Shown: positions 19,194 through 28,712 of the stretch, piece after piece
Layout: every line of letters begins with the position of its first letter
Numbering within the stretch: the first letter of the stretch is position 1
Source: an uncultured Dehalococcoidia bacterium
GTDB taxonomy: Bacteria > Chloroflexota > Dehalococcoidia > SZUA-161
Length of the DNA stretch: 64,000 bases
Assembly: GCA_964524995.1 (NCBI GenBank)
Contig: CAZGDV010000003.1
Span: forward strand, 1,029-65,028
Direction: 5' to 3'
The notes under the pieces: model-generated
The model's database searches: none
Seen by the model: only the letters and a program-made list of their open reading frames with translations
What the model was told of the DNA's origin: nothing
Made by a program: the position numbers and the translations under genes

Positions 19194-19843
19194 TGGAGCC
19201 GCGTATCGTTGAGCGGTTTAAGAAGCGCACCGTCGTATTCCACTGGGTGCATACACTGGCCTTCCTGATGCTGATCATCACAGGTCTCATATTGTTCGTG
19301 CCGTGGTTTGGCGAGGGAGCCGCTGGTGGCGCGACCAGGATCATCCATCGCGTCTTCGCGGTCGTCTTCGTTGTTGCGCCGCTCTTCTACCTGCCACTCA
19401 ACCTGAAGCAGAGTATACATTTCTTCAAGGAGTCGTTCCTGCTAGGCAAGGGGGATCTGGGTTGGATGATGGCAGCACCGGACTATTACTTCGGCGGTCC
19501 CGAGGAAAAGATGCCTCCGCAAGGCCATTCCAATACCGGCCAGAAGATGTGGGGCCAGGTCTGTATCGGCACCTTCATCGTCTTCCTCATCACCGGCATC
19601 ATACTATGGTTCTTCCGTGGTGACGTCTCGCCGGGCGTATTCCAGTGGGCTATGGTGTTCCATTCCATTGCGTTCTTCGTAGCGTTCCTTATGCTCTTCG
19701 TCCACGTGTATCTCGGCGTCATTCACCCGCGAATGACCGAGTCGCTCAAATCCATGCTCGACGGCAAGGTCTCTGTGCACTACGCGAAGAGTCACTATGG
19801 CAAGTGGTACAGTGAGGTTGCCGAGGAGGGCGAGGAGCACTAG
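19190..19843 (+). CDS. membrane dihaem cytochrome b subunit (FdnI / Ni-hydrogenase cytochrome b type)
   Basis: 217-aa protein with four TM helices and conserved His in TM helices (HWVHTLAF, IHRVFAV, FHSIAF, HVYLGVIHP). 4-nt overlap with the FeS gene. Confidence 0.8.
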   Translation: MMEPRIVERFKKRTVVFHWVHTLAFLMLIITGLILFVPWFGEGAAGGATRIIHRVFAVVFVVAPLFYLPLNLKQSIHFFKESFLLGKGDLGWMMAAPDYYFGGPEEKMPPQGHSNTGQKMWGQVCIGTFIVFLITGIILWFFRGDVSPGVFQWAMVFHSIAFFVAFLMLFVHVYLGVIHPRMTESLKSMLDGKVSVHYAKSHYGKWYSEVAEEGEEH

Positions 19844-19864
19844 TAACAAGCTCGTTTGTATGTC

Positions 19865-19908
19865 AAAGAGGCCGCGTCACCTCGGGTGACGCGGCCTCTT
19901 TCTTTCTC
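19865..19908. terminator. bidirectional rho-independent terminator between convergent genes
   Basis: Perfect hairpin AAAGAGGCCGCGTCACC/GGTGACGCGGCCTCTTT with flanking A- and T-runs, between the stops at 19843 (+) and 19921 (-). Confidence 0.85.
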
Positions 19909-19920
19909 AGAGCCTGCGGT

Positions 19921-22110
19921 CTAGGGTCCGTAGGGGCCAAAGTCCTGCCATGGCCTGTAAAACTCGAGATACGTTGCCCAGCTGCTGCCGGTTGCATCGT
20001 AGCTGGGGTCGCTCTGGGTCGCGACTCCGTGACAAAGGGAACCGCTGCACATGGCGTCTGAAGAGCTGGTCTCAGTGCTGTTTCGCAGCACGGCACCCGT
20101 GCTGTTCGTCTTGGTTGCCCCGATCGACGTAACCATCGGGTATCCCCCTGCGCCTGTGTCCTCGATGACGTAGGAGAACCCGTAGCCGGTCCTTCCCGCA
20201 AGGCTGCCATCCCTGATCATAGCATCGTTGGGCCAACCAGCCTGGTATCCGGCGGCTCCGTGGACGTTGTGACAGGAGGAGCAGGCCGTCATGGAATCGG
20301 TGGAACCCGGGGCCGCGCCGTTTGTGGTATCATCCCAGTCCGAGTCCCAAGTCTGCATGGTGTAGTTCATGATATGGGAAACGTGCTCGTTGATGTCGGC
20401 GCCACTTCCCCAGGCGTAGGAGTAGTTCCGTGGTGGATTGGGGGCAGTCGCCTTGAAGTTCGTGGTTAACGACGCCGGAGTATCATCCAGAACGCTGTTG
20501 GGATCATGACAGGAGTCGAAGCACAGCCTGAACCCGTTGTCCTTCATCGTCTGCGCGTTGTAGCTGAACGTGATGCTGTAGTTGGATGGGATCATAAGGG
20601 GCACTTCGCCGCCGACGTAAGCCAGCCGGTACCCGGCGGCGTAGGCCACACCTGACTCGCTCGGCGAGTAGTATGACGTCTGGAACTCGTATGTCCTCGG
20701 GATGCCATCGATGTGCGTCCCCGTCTCCGTATCGTGGCAGTCCTCGCACTCCACGGATGCGGATCTGCCGTGGCCGGCCGTCCAGAACAGGCTGACGTCC
20801 GGGGCCGATACGCCCGCGATGACCGCAGGGTCATCGTCGTGACAGCCGACGCACCACTGCTCCTTGCCCGCCTGCAAGGGGCTGCCGTACACACCGCTGG
20901 ACCAGTTCGCCTTGGCCCCGATCGTCGGATCGTTCACCCCGTCGTAGGAGCCACCCGGGCTGTGACATGTGTCACAAGCTGCGGTGGTCGCAAGAGGCAG
21001 GCCATCGCTGAACAGCGAGTAGTTATCATCGTCATGGCAATCGGTGCAGTCTAATGGCGTGGATGGGCCCTTGCTGTTCGCAGTCGTGTGAGTGGCGTGG
21101 CTCCCAGATGTGCCGTGGCATGCAGCACAATCGCCGCCTCCCGCCCCCCCGTGGCCTACCCCCTCACCCGTGGGCTGATGGCATTGCGTACACACTTTCC
21201 GATTCTTGGCCGAAAGCAGGCGGCTGTCATAGGCACCACCCGCAGCCGCCATCGGATCGGGCAGACTCACCGAGCCGCTGTACGCCCCCATCGTCGCACT
21301 CGTGCCGTGCGCTACATGGCAGCGCAGACACCCACCGGAGATCTGCGTGTTGTGTCGGTAGCTGAATACCGCGTCACCCGAATGAATATGCCCTTGCCCG
21401 GCCCCAGCTCCATACCTCGTGTGACACTGCGAACACCACTCGTCCAGGTTGTACGGGGTGTAGGTCACATCACGGTAGTACTGTGTCGTGCCGTTACCGG
21501 TGTTGTAGGTTATCTCATATGTCGGCGTGCCCGTCTCGTCCGATACGTCCACGGCCGTGGTATTGCCCTCATCCGCCATACCGTCGGGATTTCCCCTGAG
21601 TATTCGGTAGTTGCCGTTGCCATGCGGATTGTGACAGTCACCGCAGGCCAGGTCCACTGCTATGCCGTAGTCAGGGGTTGCGTTCACCGGACCGCTGCCC
21701 CAAATCGTGCCCGACGTGATCCCGTCGGCGGTGTGGGCCGAGGTGACCAGCCTGCTCGTGATGTTGCCATTGACATCGACATCCATAACGGCGTAATCGA
21801 AGCCGCCGCCCCGGAGCCCGGAGCCCGACGTCCCGTATGTGCTGCCGTCGAGCTCTCCGTTGACGACGTCGGTCTCGGCACCTGTGCCGTCGTGACAGCT
21901 GAAGCAAAACTGGTCCTGAGTGGGGCCTACGGTGAGGAGTTTGGGGGCCTGGCCGGTGTGAGCCCTGTGACAGCCCGCGCATGAGTCCGCCCCCGTCTGG
22001 AAGTTGTCCTTGTCATGCAGGTCGTTGTCAGCAAGCGCTGGAGTCGCTGCTATCAGCATCGCCAGGACGATGACAGCGACCAGGGCATATCTAAGCAAGG
22101 GGATCAACAT
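19921..22110 (-). CDS. multihaem c-type cytochrome, paralog A (hexahaem N-module plus haem-rich C-extension)
   Basis: Signal peptide ending ALA|DNDLHDKDNF. 12 CXXCH plus CFDSCH (CX3CH) and CSGSLCH (CX4CH). The first two sites form a paired-CXXCH arrangement. Confidence 0.9.
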   Translation of the reverse strand: MLIPLLRYALVAVIVLAMLIAATPALADNDLHDKDNFQTGADSCAGCHRAHTGQAPKLLTVGPTQDQFCFSCHDGTGAETDVVNGELDGSTYGTSGSGLRGGGFDYAVMDVDVNGNITSRLVTSAHTADGITSGTIWGSGPVNATPDYGIAVDLACGDCHNPHGNGNYRILRGNPDGMADEGNTTAVDVSDETGTPTYEITYNTGNGTTQYYRDVTYTPYNLDEWCSQCHTRYGAGAGQGHIHSGDAVFSYRHNTQISGGCLRCHVAHGTSATMGAYSGSVSLPDPMAAAGGAYDSRLLSAKNRKVCTQCHQPTGEGVGHGGAGGGDCAACHGTSGSHATHTTANSKGPSTPLDCTDCHDDDNYSLFSDGLPLATTAACDTCHSPGGSYDGVNDPTIGAKANWSSGVYGSPLQAGKEQWCVGCHDDDPAVIAGVSAPDVSLFWTAGHGRSASVECEDCHDTETGTHIDGIPRTYEFQTSYYSPSESGVAYAAGYRLAYVGGEVPLMIPSNYSITFSYNAQTMKDNGFRLCFDSCHDPNSVLDDTPASLTTNFKATAPNPPRNYSYAWGSGADINEHVSHIMNYTMQTWDSDWDDTTNGAAPGSTDSMTACSSCHNVHGAAGYQAGWPNDAMIRDGSLAGRTGYGFSYVIEDTGAGGYPMVTSIGATKTNSTGAVLRNSTETSSSDAMCSGSLCHGVATQSDPSYDATGSSWATYLEFYRPWQDFGPYGP

Positions 22111-22233
22111 GTCATACTATCCCAACCTATACACTAAACGCTGTAGTGTACGTCGATCAAGGGCAGGACTGCGCCTTTCCGCTGGGTAGTGGCCGCATTC
22201 AGCAGGGCGATGAGCAAATGGAGACCTATGCGC

Positions 22234-24924
22234 CTATTCTGCGAGTTCGAGCTTCACGGCGTCGGCACAGATTCGGCCATCGGTCTCATCGCTGAGGGTC
22301 ACGTACCCCGATGTGCCAGCCGAGAAAGGGTAGGTGCCAAGGAGGTTCCACTGTCCCCCGTTCACCTGCTGGTTCACGTCTATCGTAGTCTCACCACCGT
22401 CGTAGTGAATCGTGTAAGGAGCGTCGGTAGCCCTTCCTGTAGCCTGATGCCACCATGCATAGACATCATAGGCCCCCGATTGCGGCAGGTCAGGTGTCCA
22501 GGTGGCTGTGGCGCTGACGGTCGTATTGCCATCATGGCGATAGAAGTCACCATTGAAGGCGTTATCATTCTCGATATAGCTCCAGCCCGTGCCGGTGAAC
22601 AGGGCATCGCGGTCGTCGACGATTGCTCGCGGCACATAGGGCCGGTAGTACTCGAAGGACGCCTGTCTGGGGTTGAACTCCTGGTCCAACTCCTCGAGAT
22701 AGCTATGGCAGTTGAAGCACATCCCACCCACATTGTTGCCGCCGGGGCCGTACTGCCAGCCCATGCGGAAGATCGCACCGTCGCTGGTCTCCCTGGTGGT
22801 GTCGAGAGAGGTCATTGTAGGGGGCGAGGTCTGGCCGTCCCAGATTACGTACGAGAAGGCGAAGCCGAGCCTGAAGTCGTCCTCGCGATCGTAGGTAAGG
22901 CTCCCGTCCCGGATCATCGGCTGGTTCGACGAGCCCAGCGTTCCGGCGACCCCGTGGACGTTGTGACAGGTGGAACAAGTGAACAGTGAGTCGTATCCTT
23001 GACCGAACGTATCTGTGCTGCTATCCCAGTCCGAGTCCCATGTGCGTGCACTTCCAGGGTGATGCGACATCTCGACCAGGTGATAGTAGTGCTCATTGGT
23101 CTGCGCCGGGTCGCCCTCCCCCCAACCATAGGACCACTTGAATGGCGGATTGGGCGGCCGCTCGCGCTTGAAGTACGTGTCGTAGTTGTCCTCCAGCATG
23201 AAAGTTGTGTAATGACAGCCCGAGTCGAAGCACAACCCGGCCCCGTACTTCTTGTATACCATGTCGTCGGCTATCTCCGTATCCGAGGAGCCCACGAACG
23301 TGGTGCCCCAGCTCATCGGTATCATGAGGGGAACACTGCCGTAGACTGATCTCAGCCTGTACCCTGCCTGATAGTCGACGCCGGTGCTCGAAGGCGTGTG
23401 CTGTGATATCTCCGTGAATGCGTACGTTCTGTCGTCTCCATCGATGTGCGTGCCGGTGGTCGTATCATGGCAGTCCTCACAGGCGAGTACGCCGGACCGG
23501 CCGTGGCCGCTCATCCAGAACAGGCTTACGTCGGGCGCGCTCACACCCGCGATCACCGCAGGCTCATCGTCGTGACAGCCCACGCACCACTGCTCCTTGC
23601 CCGTAGCCAACTGGCCGTCGTAGGCCCCGACATCCCATACGGACTTCGCTCCCAGGTAAGGATCATCCACACCATCGTAGGTGCCGCCTGGACTGTGACA
23701 CGCATCACAGACAGCCGTGCTGTCCAGGCTCTCCCCGTCCGCAAACAGAGGATACTGATCCGTGTCGTGGCAATCCGCACAATCCAGGGGAGTCGCAGGG
23801 CCCCTGGTGTTGACTGTTGTATGGGTCGCGTGACTGCCCGAGGTGCCGTGGCATTCCGAGCAGTCGGCACCTGAGCTGTGGCCCACTACCTTGCCGTCCA
23901 CGACATGGCACTCGGCACAGACCTTGCGACTGTTGACCGACAGCAACCGGCTGTCGGTCGTGCCCCCACCCGGCGTGCCGTCCGGAAGAGGCACCGTCCC
24001 ACTGTGGGGCCCCATCGTCGCCGTTGTGCCATGCGCAACGTGGCATCGGAGGCAGCCACCGGTCAGGCTGCTGGTGTTGTGGCGGAACGTGTACACTGCG
24101 TCGCCGGACGGCGTCTGAATCTGGCCGGTGCCTGCATGATATCTCGAATGGCACTGGGAGCACCAATCGTCTAGGTTGTATGGCACGTACGATACATCGC
24201 GATAATACAGGCTGCTACCGTTGCCCGTGTTGTACGATATCTCATAGGTCGGGGTATCTAGTTCGTCCGGCACGTCTACGGCTGTCGAGTTACCCTCGTC
24301 CAGCATACCGTCCGGGTTGCCACGGAGCACCCTGTAGTTACCGTTGCCGTGCGGGTTGTGGCAGTCGCCGCATTCCAGCGTCAGCATGTTCCCGTAGTAC
24401 GGTGTGCTGCTCGTCACGCCGCCGCCCCAGGCAGTCGAAATGGAGTTGTCGACGTTGTGGGAGGAGGTTACATTGCCGACGGAAGGGGTGCCAGATAGCC
24501 CAGAGTCCATAACGGCGTACTGGAAACCGCCCCCGCGCAGACCGGCACCGAGCGCGCCGTAGGTCATCCCATCCAACTCGCCGTTCATGACGTCGGTCTC
24601 GGCACCGCTGCCGTCATGGCACGTGTAGCAGAAGTTCGCCTGGCTGGGTCCCGAGAGGAGGAGACTGGCGGCCTGACCGGTGTGCGCCCTGTGGCACTTC
24701 GCGCAAGCGTCAGCCTCACCCACGAAGTTGTCCTTATCGTGCACGTCGTTATCAGCCAAGGCCGGAACGGCAGACACGACGAGAACGAGAAACGTGCAGA
24801 GGAAGACAAGTACTCTGGCCAACGGATACCACCATGAACAGTGTCTAATCCTATAGGGTAAACGCGAGGCGGTCACTTGGCAAACGCGACACTTCACTGA
24901 ACCTACCGTTATTGAAGACGCCAA
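22234..24924 (-). CDS. multihaem c-type cytochrome, paralog B, with C-terminal golvesin-like binding domain
   Basis: Collinear with paralog A. 13 CXXCH plus CFDSGCH. The C-terminal ~130 aa carry the YDVYAWW...APYTIHYDGG...VNQQVNGGQWNLLGTY...ADAVKL pattern. The true start is probably the in-frame TTG at 24822, just before the signal peptide. Confidence 0.85.
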   Translation of the reverse strand: MASSITVGSVKCRVCQVTASRLPYRIRHCSWWYPLARVLVFLCTFLVLVVSAVPALADNDVHDKDNFVGEADACAKCHRAHTGQAASLLLSGPSQANFCYTCHDGSGAETDVMNGELDGMTYGALGAGLRGGGFQYAVMDSGLSGTPSVGNVTSSHNVDNSISTAWGGGVTSSTPYYGNMLTLECGDCHNPHGNGNYRVLRGNPDGMLDEGNSTAVDVPDELDTPTYEISYNTGNGSSLYYRDVSYVPYNLDDWCSQCHSRYHAGTGQIQTPSGDAVYTFRHNTSSLTGGCLRCHVAHGTTATMGPHSGTVPLPDGTPGGGTTDSRLLSVNSRKVCAECHVVDGKVVGHSSGADCSECHGTSGSHATHTTVNTRGPATPLDCADCHDTDQYPLFADGESLDSTAVCDACHSPGGTYDGVDDPYLGAKSVWDVGAYDGQLATGKEQWCVGCHDDEPAVIAGVSAPDVSLFWMSGHGRSGVLACEDCHDTTTGTHIDGDDRTYAFTEISQHTPSSTGVDYQAGYRLRSVYGSVPLMIPMSWGTTFVGSSDTEIADDMVYKKYGAGLCFDSGCHYTTFMLEDNYDTYFKRERPPNPPFKWSYGWGEGDPAQTNEHYYHLVEMSHHPGSARTWDSDWDSSTDTFGQGYDSLFTCSTCHNVHGVAGTLGSSNQPMIRDGSLTYDREDDFRLGFAFSYVIWDGQTSPPTMTSLDTTRETSDGAIFRMGWQYGPGGNNVGGMCFNCHSYLEELDQEFNPRQASFEYYRPYVPRAIVDDRDALFTGTGWSYIENDNAFNGDFYRHDGNTTVSATATWTPDLPQSGAYDVYAWWHQATGRATDAPYTIHYDGGETTIDVNQQVNGGQWNLLGTYPFSAGTSGYVTLSDETDGRICADAVKLELAE

Positions 24925-24991
24925 GGGAGTGAAGCGGACAACCGCTCCAGGGGATTGGATCGCAATGACTGAAGTGCGTCAAGGGGCTCGA

Positions 24992-26266
24992 CTAGGACAA
25001 CGCCCTGTCGATGGCTTGGATCGTAGCGTCGATGTCAGCCTCGGTATGCGCCAGTGAGATGAACGCGGCCTCGAACTGGGATGGCGGCCAGTATATGCCC
25101 TGGTCCAGCAAACTCCTGTGGAACGCTGCGAACCGTTCCGTGTCAGCCGACTTGGCCGACTCGTAATCGGTAGGTGCGTCCTCACGGAAGAACACCGTCA
25201 GGAGCGATCCGATCCGCGAGGTTGTGGCGATCACACCGGACTTGGAGATGGCAGCGAGGATGCCCTGCTCGAGCTGCTTGCCCCTGTCGTCGAGGGTCTT
25301 GTACACACCGCGGTCGCTGAGCAACCTCAGCGTCTCGATACCGGCCGTCATAGCCAGCGGGTTGCCGGACAGGGTGCCGGCTTGGTAGACAGGGCCAAGC
25401 GGGGCCATCAGAGCCATTATGTCCTCGCGCCCGCCATATGCGCCCACAGGCAGGCCACCGCCGATGATCTTACCCAGGCAGGTCAGGTCCGGCATGACGC
25501 CGAGGAGCTCCTGCGAGCCGCCACGGGCGACCCGGAACCCGGTTATGACCTCGTCAAAGACCAGCAGAGCACCCGCAGCGCTGGCGATGTCGCGCAGGCC
25601 CTCCAGGAACCCTTCCTTGGGAGGCACGACCCCCATGTTTGCCACGATAGGCTCGACGATGATGGCGGCTATGTCCGTGTGCTCATCGAACAAGGCGCGA
25701 ACAGAGGAGAGGTCGTTGTAGGTCGCGATCAGTGTGTTCTGCGCATATCCAGCCGGGACACCAGGGCTGTCCGGCGTCCCCAGCGTCGTCGCCCCTGAGC
25801 CAGCTTTCGCCAGAAGGCCGTCGGAGTGCCCGTGATAGCATCCCGCGAACTTCACGATCTTGTCCCTCTTGGTGTAGGCGCGCGCCAGCCGCAGGGCGCT
25901 CATCGTCGCCTCCGTGCCGGAGTTGACGAAACGCACCATTTCGATGGACGGAACAGCCTCGCACACCATCCGGGCAAGAACCGTCTCCAGCTCCGTGGGA
26001 GCGCCGTAGCTCGTGCCCTTCTCGGCGGCCGCCTTGACGGCGTCGACCACCTGCGGGTGGGCATGTCCGAGTATCAGCGGCCCCCAGGAGCATACGTAGT
26101 CGATGTACTCGTCGCCGTCGACACTGCGCAGGGTCGACCCGGAGGCACTCGCAACGAATACCGGGGTCCCGCCGACCGCCTTGAAGGCGCGCACGGGACT
26201 GTCAACACCCCCCGGCAGGTACTTCTGGGCTTCATCGTAGAGTGCTTGAGATCGGTCGGTGTTCAT
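24992..26266 (-). CDS. hemL: glutamate-1-semialdehyde 2,1-aminomutase
   Basis: [10 protein letters not shown] motif, class-III aminotransferase. Start at MNTDRS (26266) gives an ATGA overlap with the upstream gene. Confidence 0.95.
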   Translation of the reverse strand: MNTDRSQALYDEAQKYLPGGVDSPVRAFKAVGGTPVFVASASGSTLRSVDGDEYIDYVCSWGPLILGHAHPQVVDAVKAAAEKGTSYGAPTELETVLARMVCEAVPSIEMVRFVNSGTEATMSALRLARAYTKRDKIVKFAGCYHGHSDGLLAKAGSGATTLGTPDSPGVPAGYAQNTLIATYNDLSSVRALFDEHTDIAAIIVEPIVANMGVVPPKEGFLEGLRDIASAAGALLVFDEVITGFRVARGGSQELLGVMPDLTCLGKIIGGGLPVGAYGGREDIMALMAPLGPVYQAGTLSGNPLAMTAGIETLRLLSDRGVYKTLDDRGKQLEQGILAAISKSGVIATTSRIGSLLTVFFREDAPTDYESAKSADTERFAAFHRSLLDQGIYWPPSQFEAAFISLAHTEADIDATIQAIDRALS

Positions 26267-27789
26267 CCCACCTCGCCATTCCTGTAATATCGCTCGATAG
26301 CCTCTACCAGGCCTGGTATCGTGTGTTGGGTCGCGACGACCTGGGGAGTCAACCCCAGTTCCCGGGCCGTCGCAGCGGTTCGCGGGCCTATGCACGCGAT
26401 TGTGGCCATCTTCACCGCGTTCCAGTCATCGGCAGCAATCGCGCGCAGATTGGTTACGGTCGAGGAGCTTGTGAAGGTGATCAGGTCGATTACCCCGTCG
26501 GATAGCAGCTTCCGGGCTGCAGCCACATCTTCATCGGGGAGGACGGTGTGATATGCTGTCACATGCCTCGGCTCGGCCCCCAGCCCAGCCAGACCCTCCA
26601 CGAGATCCATAGGTGCGATGTCCGCCCTGAGCAGCAGGACACGCGAGCCTGCTATACCCGCTTCGGCAAGGCTCTGGAGAATGCCTTCGCTCGTGTACTC
26701 CTCGGGTGTCATGTCAGGATGGAGACCGCGCTCTTCGAGTGCTGCGGCGGTGGCAGGGCCTATCGCGCAAATACGGGTCCCGGCAAACGAGCGGGCGTCT
26801 CGCGAGAGGGTCAGCACTCGCTGCCACACCACCTCCACGCCGTTCGCACTCGTGAATACCACCCAGTCGTAGTCGTGTAGGGTGAGTATGGCACGATCCA
26901 ACTCGGCGGTGTCTGCCAGGTCTTTTACCGCTATGGTGGGCAGTTCCACGGCTTCCGCCCCTCGTTCGACGAGCATTCCGGCGAGGACGCTTGCCTGGGC
27001 TCTCGATCTGGTTACGAGAATGCGCTTCCCGAAGAGAGGCCGTTTCTCGAACCACGCCAGATGCTCGCGAAGGTTGACCACCTCACCAACCACGATCACG
27101 ACCGGCGGCTCGAATCCGGCCTCTTCGGCCCTGGCCGCTATGTCTTGCAGCGTGCCCGTCAGAGTCTGTTGCTGGAGGGTCGTTCCGTGGCGGATCAGGG
27201 CCACGGGAGTCGCCGGAGGGCGGCCGCATTCTACCAGCTTCTCCGCAATCTTGGGCAGATTGCCCATGCCCATCAGGAAGATCAGTGTGTCAACGCCGGT
27301 GGCGAGATTCGCCCAGTTGATGCTGGACTCCGGCTTACCCGGGTCCTCGTGGCCGGTGACAACCGCGAAAGACGATGCAATACCCCTGTGCGTAACGGGA
27401 ATACCAGCGTACGCCGGGACACCGATGGCTGACGATATGCCCGGCACGATCTCGAATGGAATGCTCTCCGCGGCCAGTGCCTCCGCCTCCTCCCCCCCGC
27501 GCCCCAGGACCAGCGGGTCTGCTCCCTTCAGTCTAACGACGGTCTTTCCCTCATGCGCCTTGTCCACCAGAAGCTGATTGATCTCGTGCTGCTCCATGGC
27601 GTGGGCCTTGAACGACTTGCCGGCGTATATGATCTCGGCGGTCGGAGGGGCCTCCCCCAGCAGACGTTCGTCGATCAGGTGATCATAAACAATGACATCG
27701 GCGCGGCGTATGCAGTCGAGCCCCTTCACGGTGATGAGGCCTACATCGCCAGGGCCTGCGCCGATCAGGTAGACCAAGGCCTCGCTCAT
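26263..27789 (-). CDS. cobA-hemD: fused uroporphyrinogen-III C-methyltransferase / uroporphyrinogen-III synthase
   Basis: The N-terminal half is SUMT ([25 protein letters not shown]). The C-terminal ~250 aa are HemD-like. Confidence 0.85.
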   Translation of the reverse strand: MSEALVYLIGAGPGDVGLITVKGLDCIRRADVIVYDHLIDERLLGEAPPTAEIIYAGKSFKAHAMEQHEINQLLVDKAHEGKTVVRLKGADPLVLGRGGEEAEALAAESIPFEIVPGISSAIGVPAYAGIPVTHRGIASSFAVVTGHEDPGKPESSINWANLATGVDTLIFLMGMGNLPKIAEKLVECGRPPATPVALIRHGTTLQQQTLTGTLQDIAARAEEAGFEPPVVIVVGEVVNLREHLAWFEKRPLFGKRILVTRSRAQASVLAGMLVERGAEAVELPTIAVKDLADTAELDRAILTLHDYDWVVFTSANGVEVVWQRVLTLSRDARSFAGTRICAIGPATAAALEERGLHPDMTPEEYTSEGILQSLAEAGIAGSRVLLLRADIAPMDLVEGLAGLGAEPRHVTAYHTVLPDEDVAAARKLLSDGVIDLITFTSSSTVTNLRAIAADDWNAVKMATIACIGPRTAATARELGLTPQVVATQHTIPGLVEAIERYYRNGEVG

Positions 27790-28712
27790 TGCCGCATCCT
27801 CTCCACCAGAAGGCTCGCGCCCATGTCCAGCATACGGGTCGCCAACTCTTTACCCGTCTCCTCACCATACTGGACTTCCCGATCACAGCCGGCGCGCAGG
27901 ATAGTCTTTCCGTCGGGATCAGCCACCATCCCCTGCAGGTACATCCTGCCCTCACTGACAGTCCCGTTGGCCGCGATCGGAGCGCGACAGCCCCCACCCA
28001 GGGCTCTGAGGAACTCGCGCTCAGCCACCACGCACTGCCAGGTGTGATCGTGGTTCAGCGCCGATAGGAGATCGATGATGTCACTGTCCGACTCCCTTAC
28101 CTCGATGCCAAGCGCCCCCTGTCCGACCGCAGGTGTGAAGGCCTCATGAGGCAGATACTCGGCTATCCTGTCCACCATTCCCAGTCGGATGAGGGCCGCG
28201 GCTGCGAGCACGATGCAGTCGAACTCACCCGAGGCCACCTTGCGAAGCCTGGTATCGATGTTCCCCCTGAGCCCCAGCACTTCGAGATCGCTCCGCTGGG
28301 CGCGCAGCTGTACCGCCCGCCTCTGGCTCCCTGTACCTACCTTGGCACCGGGAGGCAGCTCCGCGAGCCCGCCGCAGCGCGATACCAGCACGTCGCTCGG
28401 GTCGATCCTCTCCGGAACGCATGAGAGGCAGAGACCATCGGTGAGGCTCGTCGGCATGTCCTTCGCGCTATGCACAGCCATGTCAATTCTTTCATCCGTG
28501 AGCGCCTGCTCGAGTTCACGGACAAATACGCCCTCCCCGCCCAGCACATCGAGTGGAATCTGACGGTGACGATCACCCGTTGTAGCGATCTCGACAAGGT
28601 CGAACCCAATGTCCGGGTGAATCGACGGGAGGCTCGCGATGACGCTGTGGCACTGCTGCAGTGCGAGCTTGCTGCGCCGGGTACCGACTCTGATCCGCCC
28701 TTTGGACTTCAC
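27786..28712 (-). CDS. hemC: hydroxymethylbilane synthase (porphobilinogen deaminase)
   Basis: IRVGTRRSKLALQQ N-terminus and LRGNIDTRLRK motif. Confidence 0.95.
   Translation of the reverse strand: MKSKGRIRVGTRRSKLALQQCHSVIASLPSIHPDIGFDLVEIATTGDRHRQIPLDVLGGEGVFVRELEQALTDERIDMAVHSAKDMPTSLTDGLCLSCVPERIDPSDVLVSRCGGLAELPPGAKVGTGSQRRAVQLRAQRSDLEVLGLRGNIDTRLRKVASGEFDCIVLAAAALIRLGMVDRIAEYLPHEAFTPAVGQGALGIEVRESDSDIIDLLSALNHDHTWQCVVAEREFLRALGGGCRAPIAANGTVSEGRMYLQGMVADPDGKTILRAGCDREVQYGEETGKELATRMLDMGASLLVERMRQ

Noticed and set aside
21088-21984. Long antisense ORFs inside cytochrome and other genes (e.g. 21088-21984, 22189-22989, 28775-29569, 30355-31638, 32655-33416, 44671-45897, 50903-51736, 58993-59820)
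   Set aside because: They are typical shadow ORFs of a GC-rich genome. They lie opposite strongly motif-supported genes and are Arg/Pro/Gly-rich, with no RBS and no recognisable domains.
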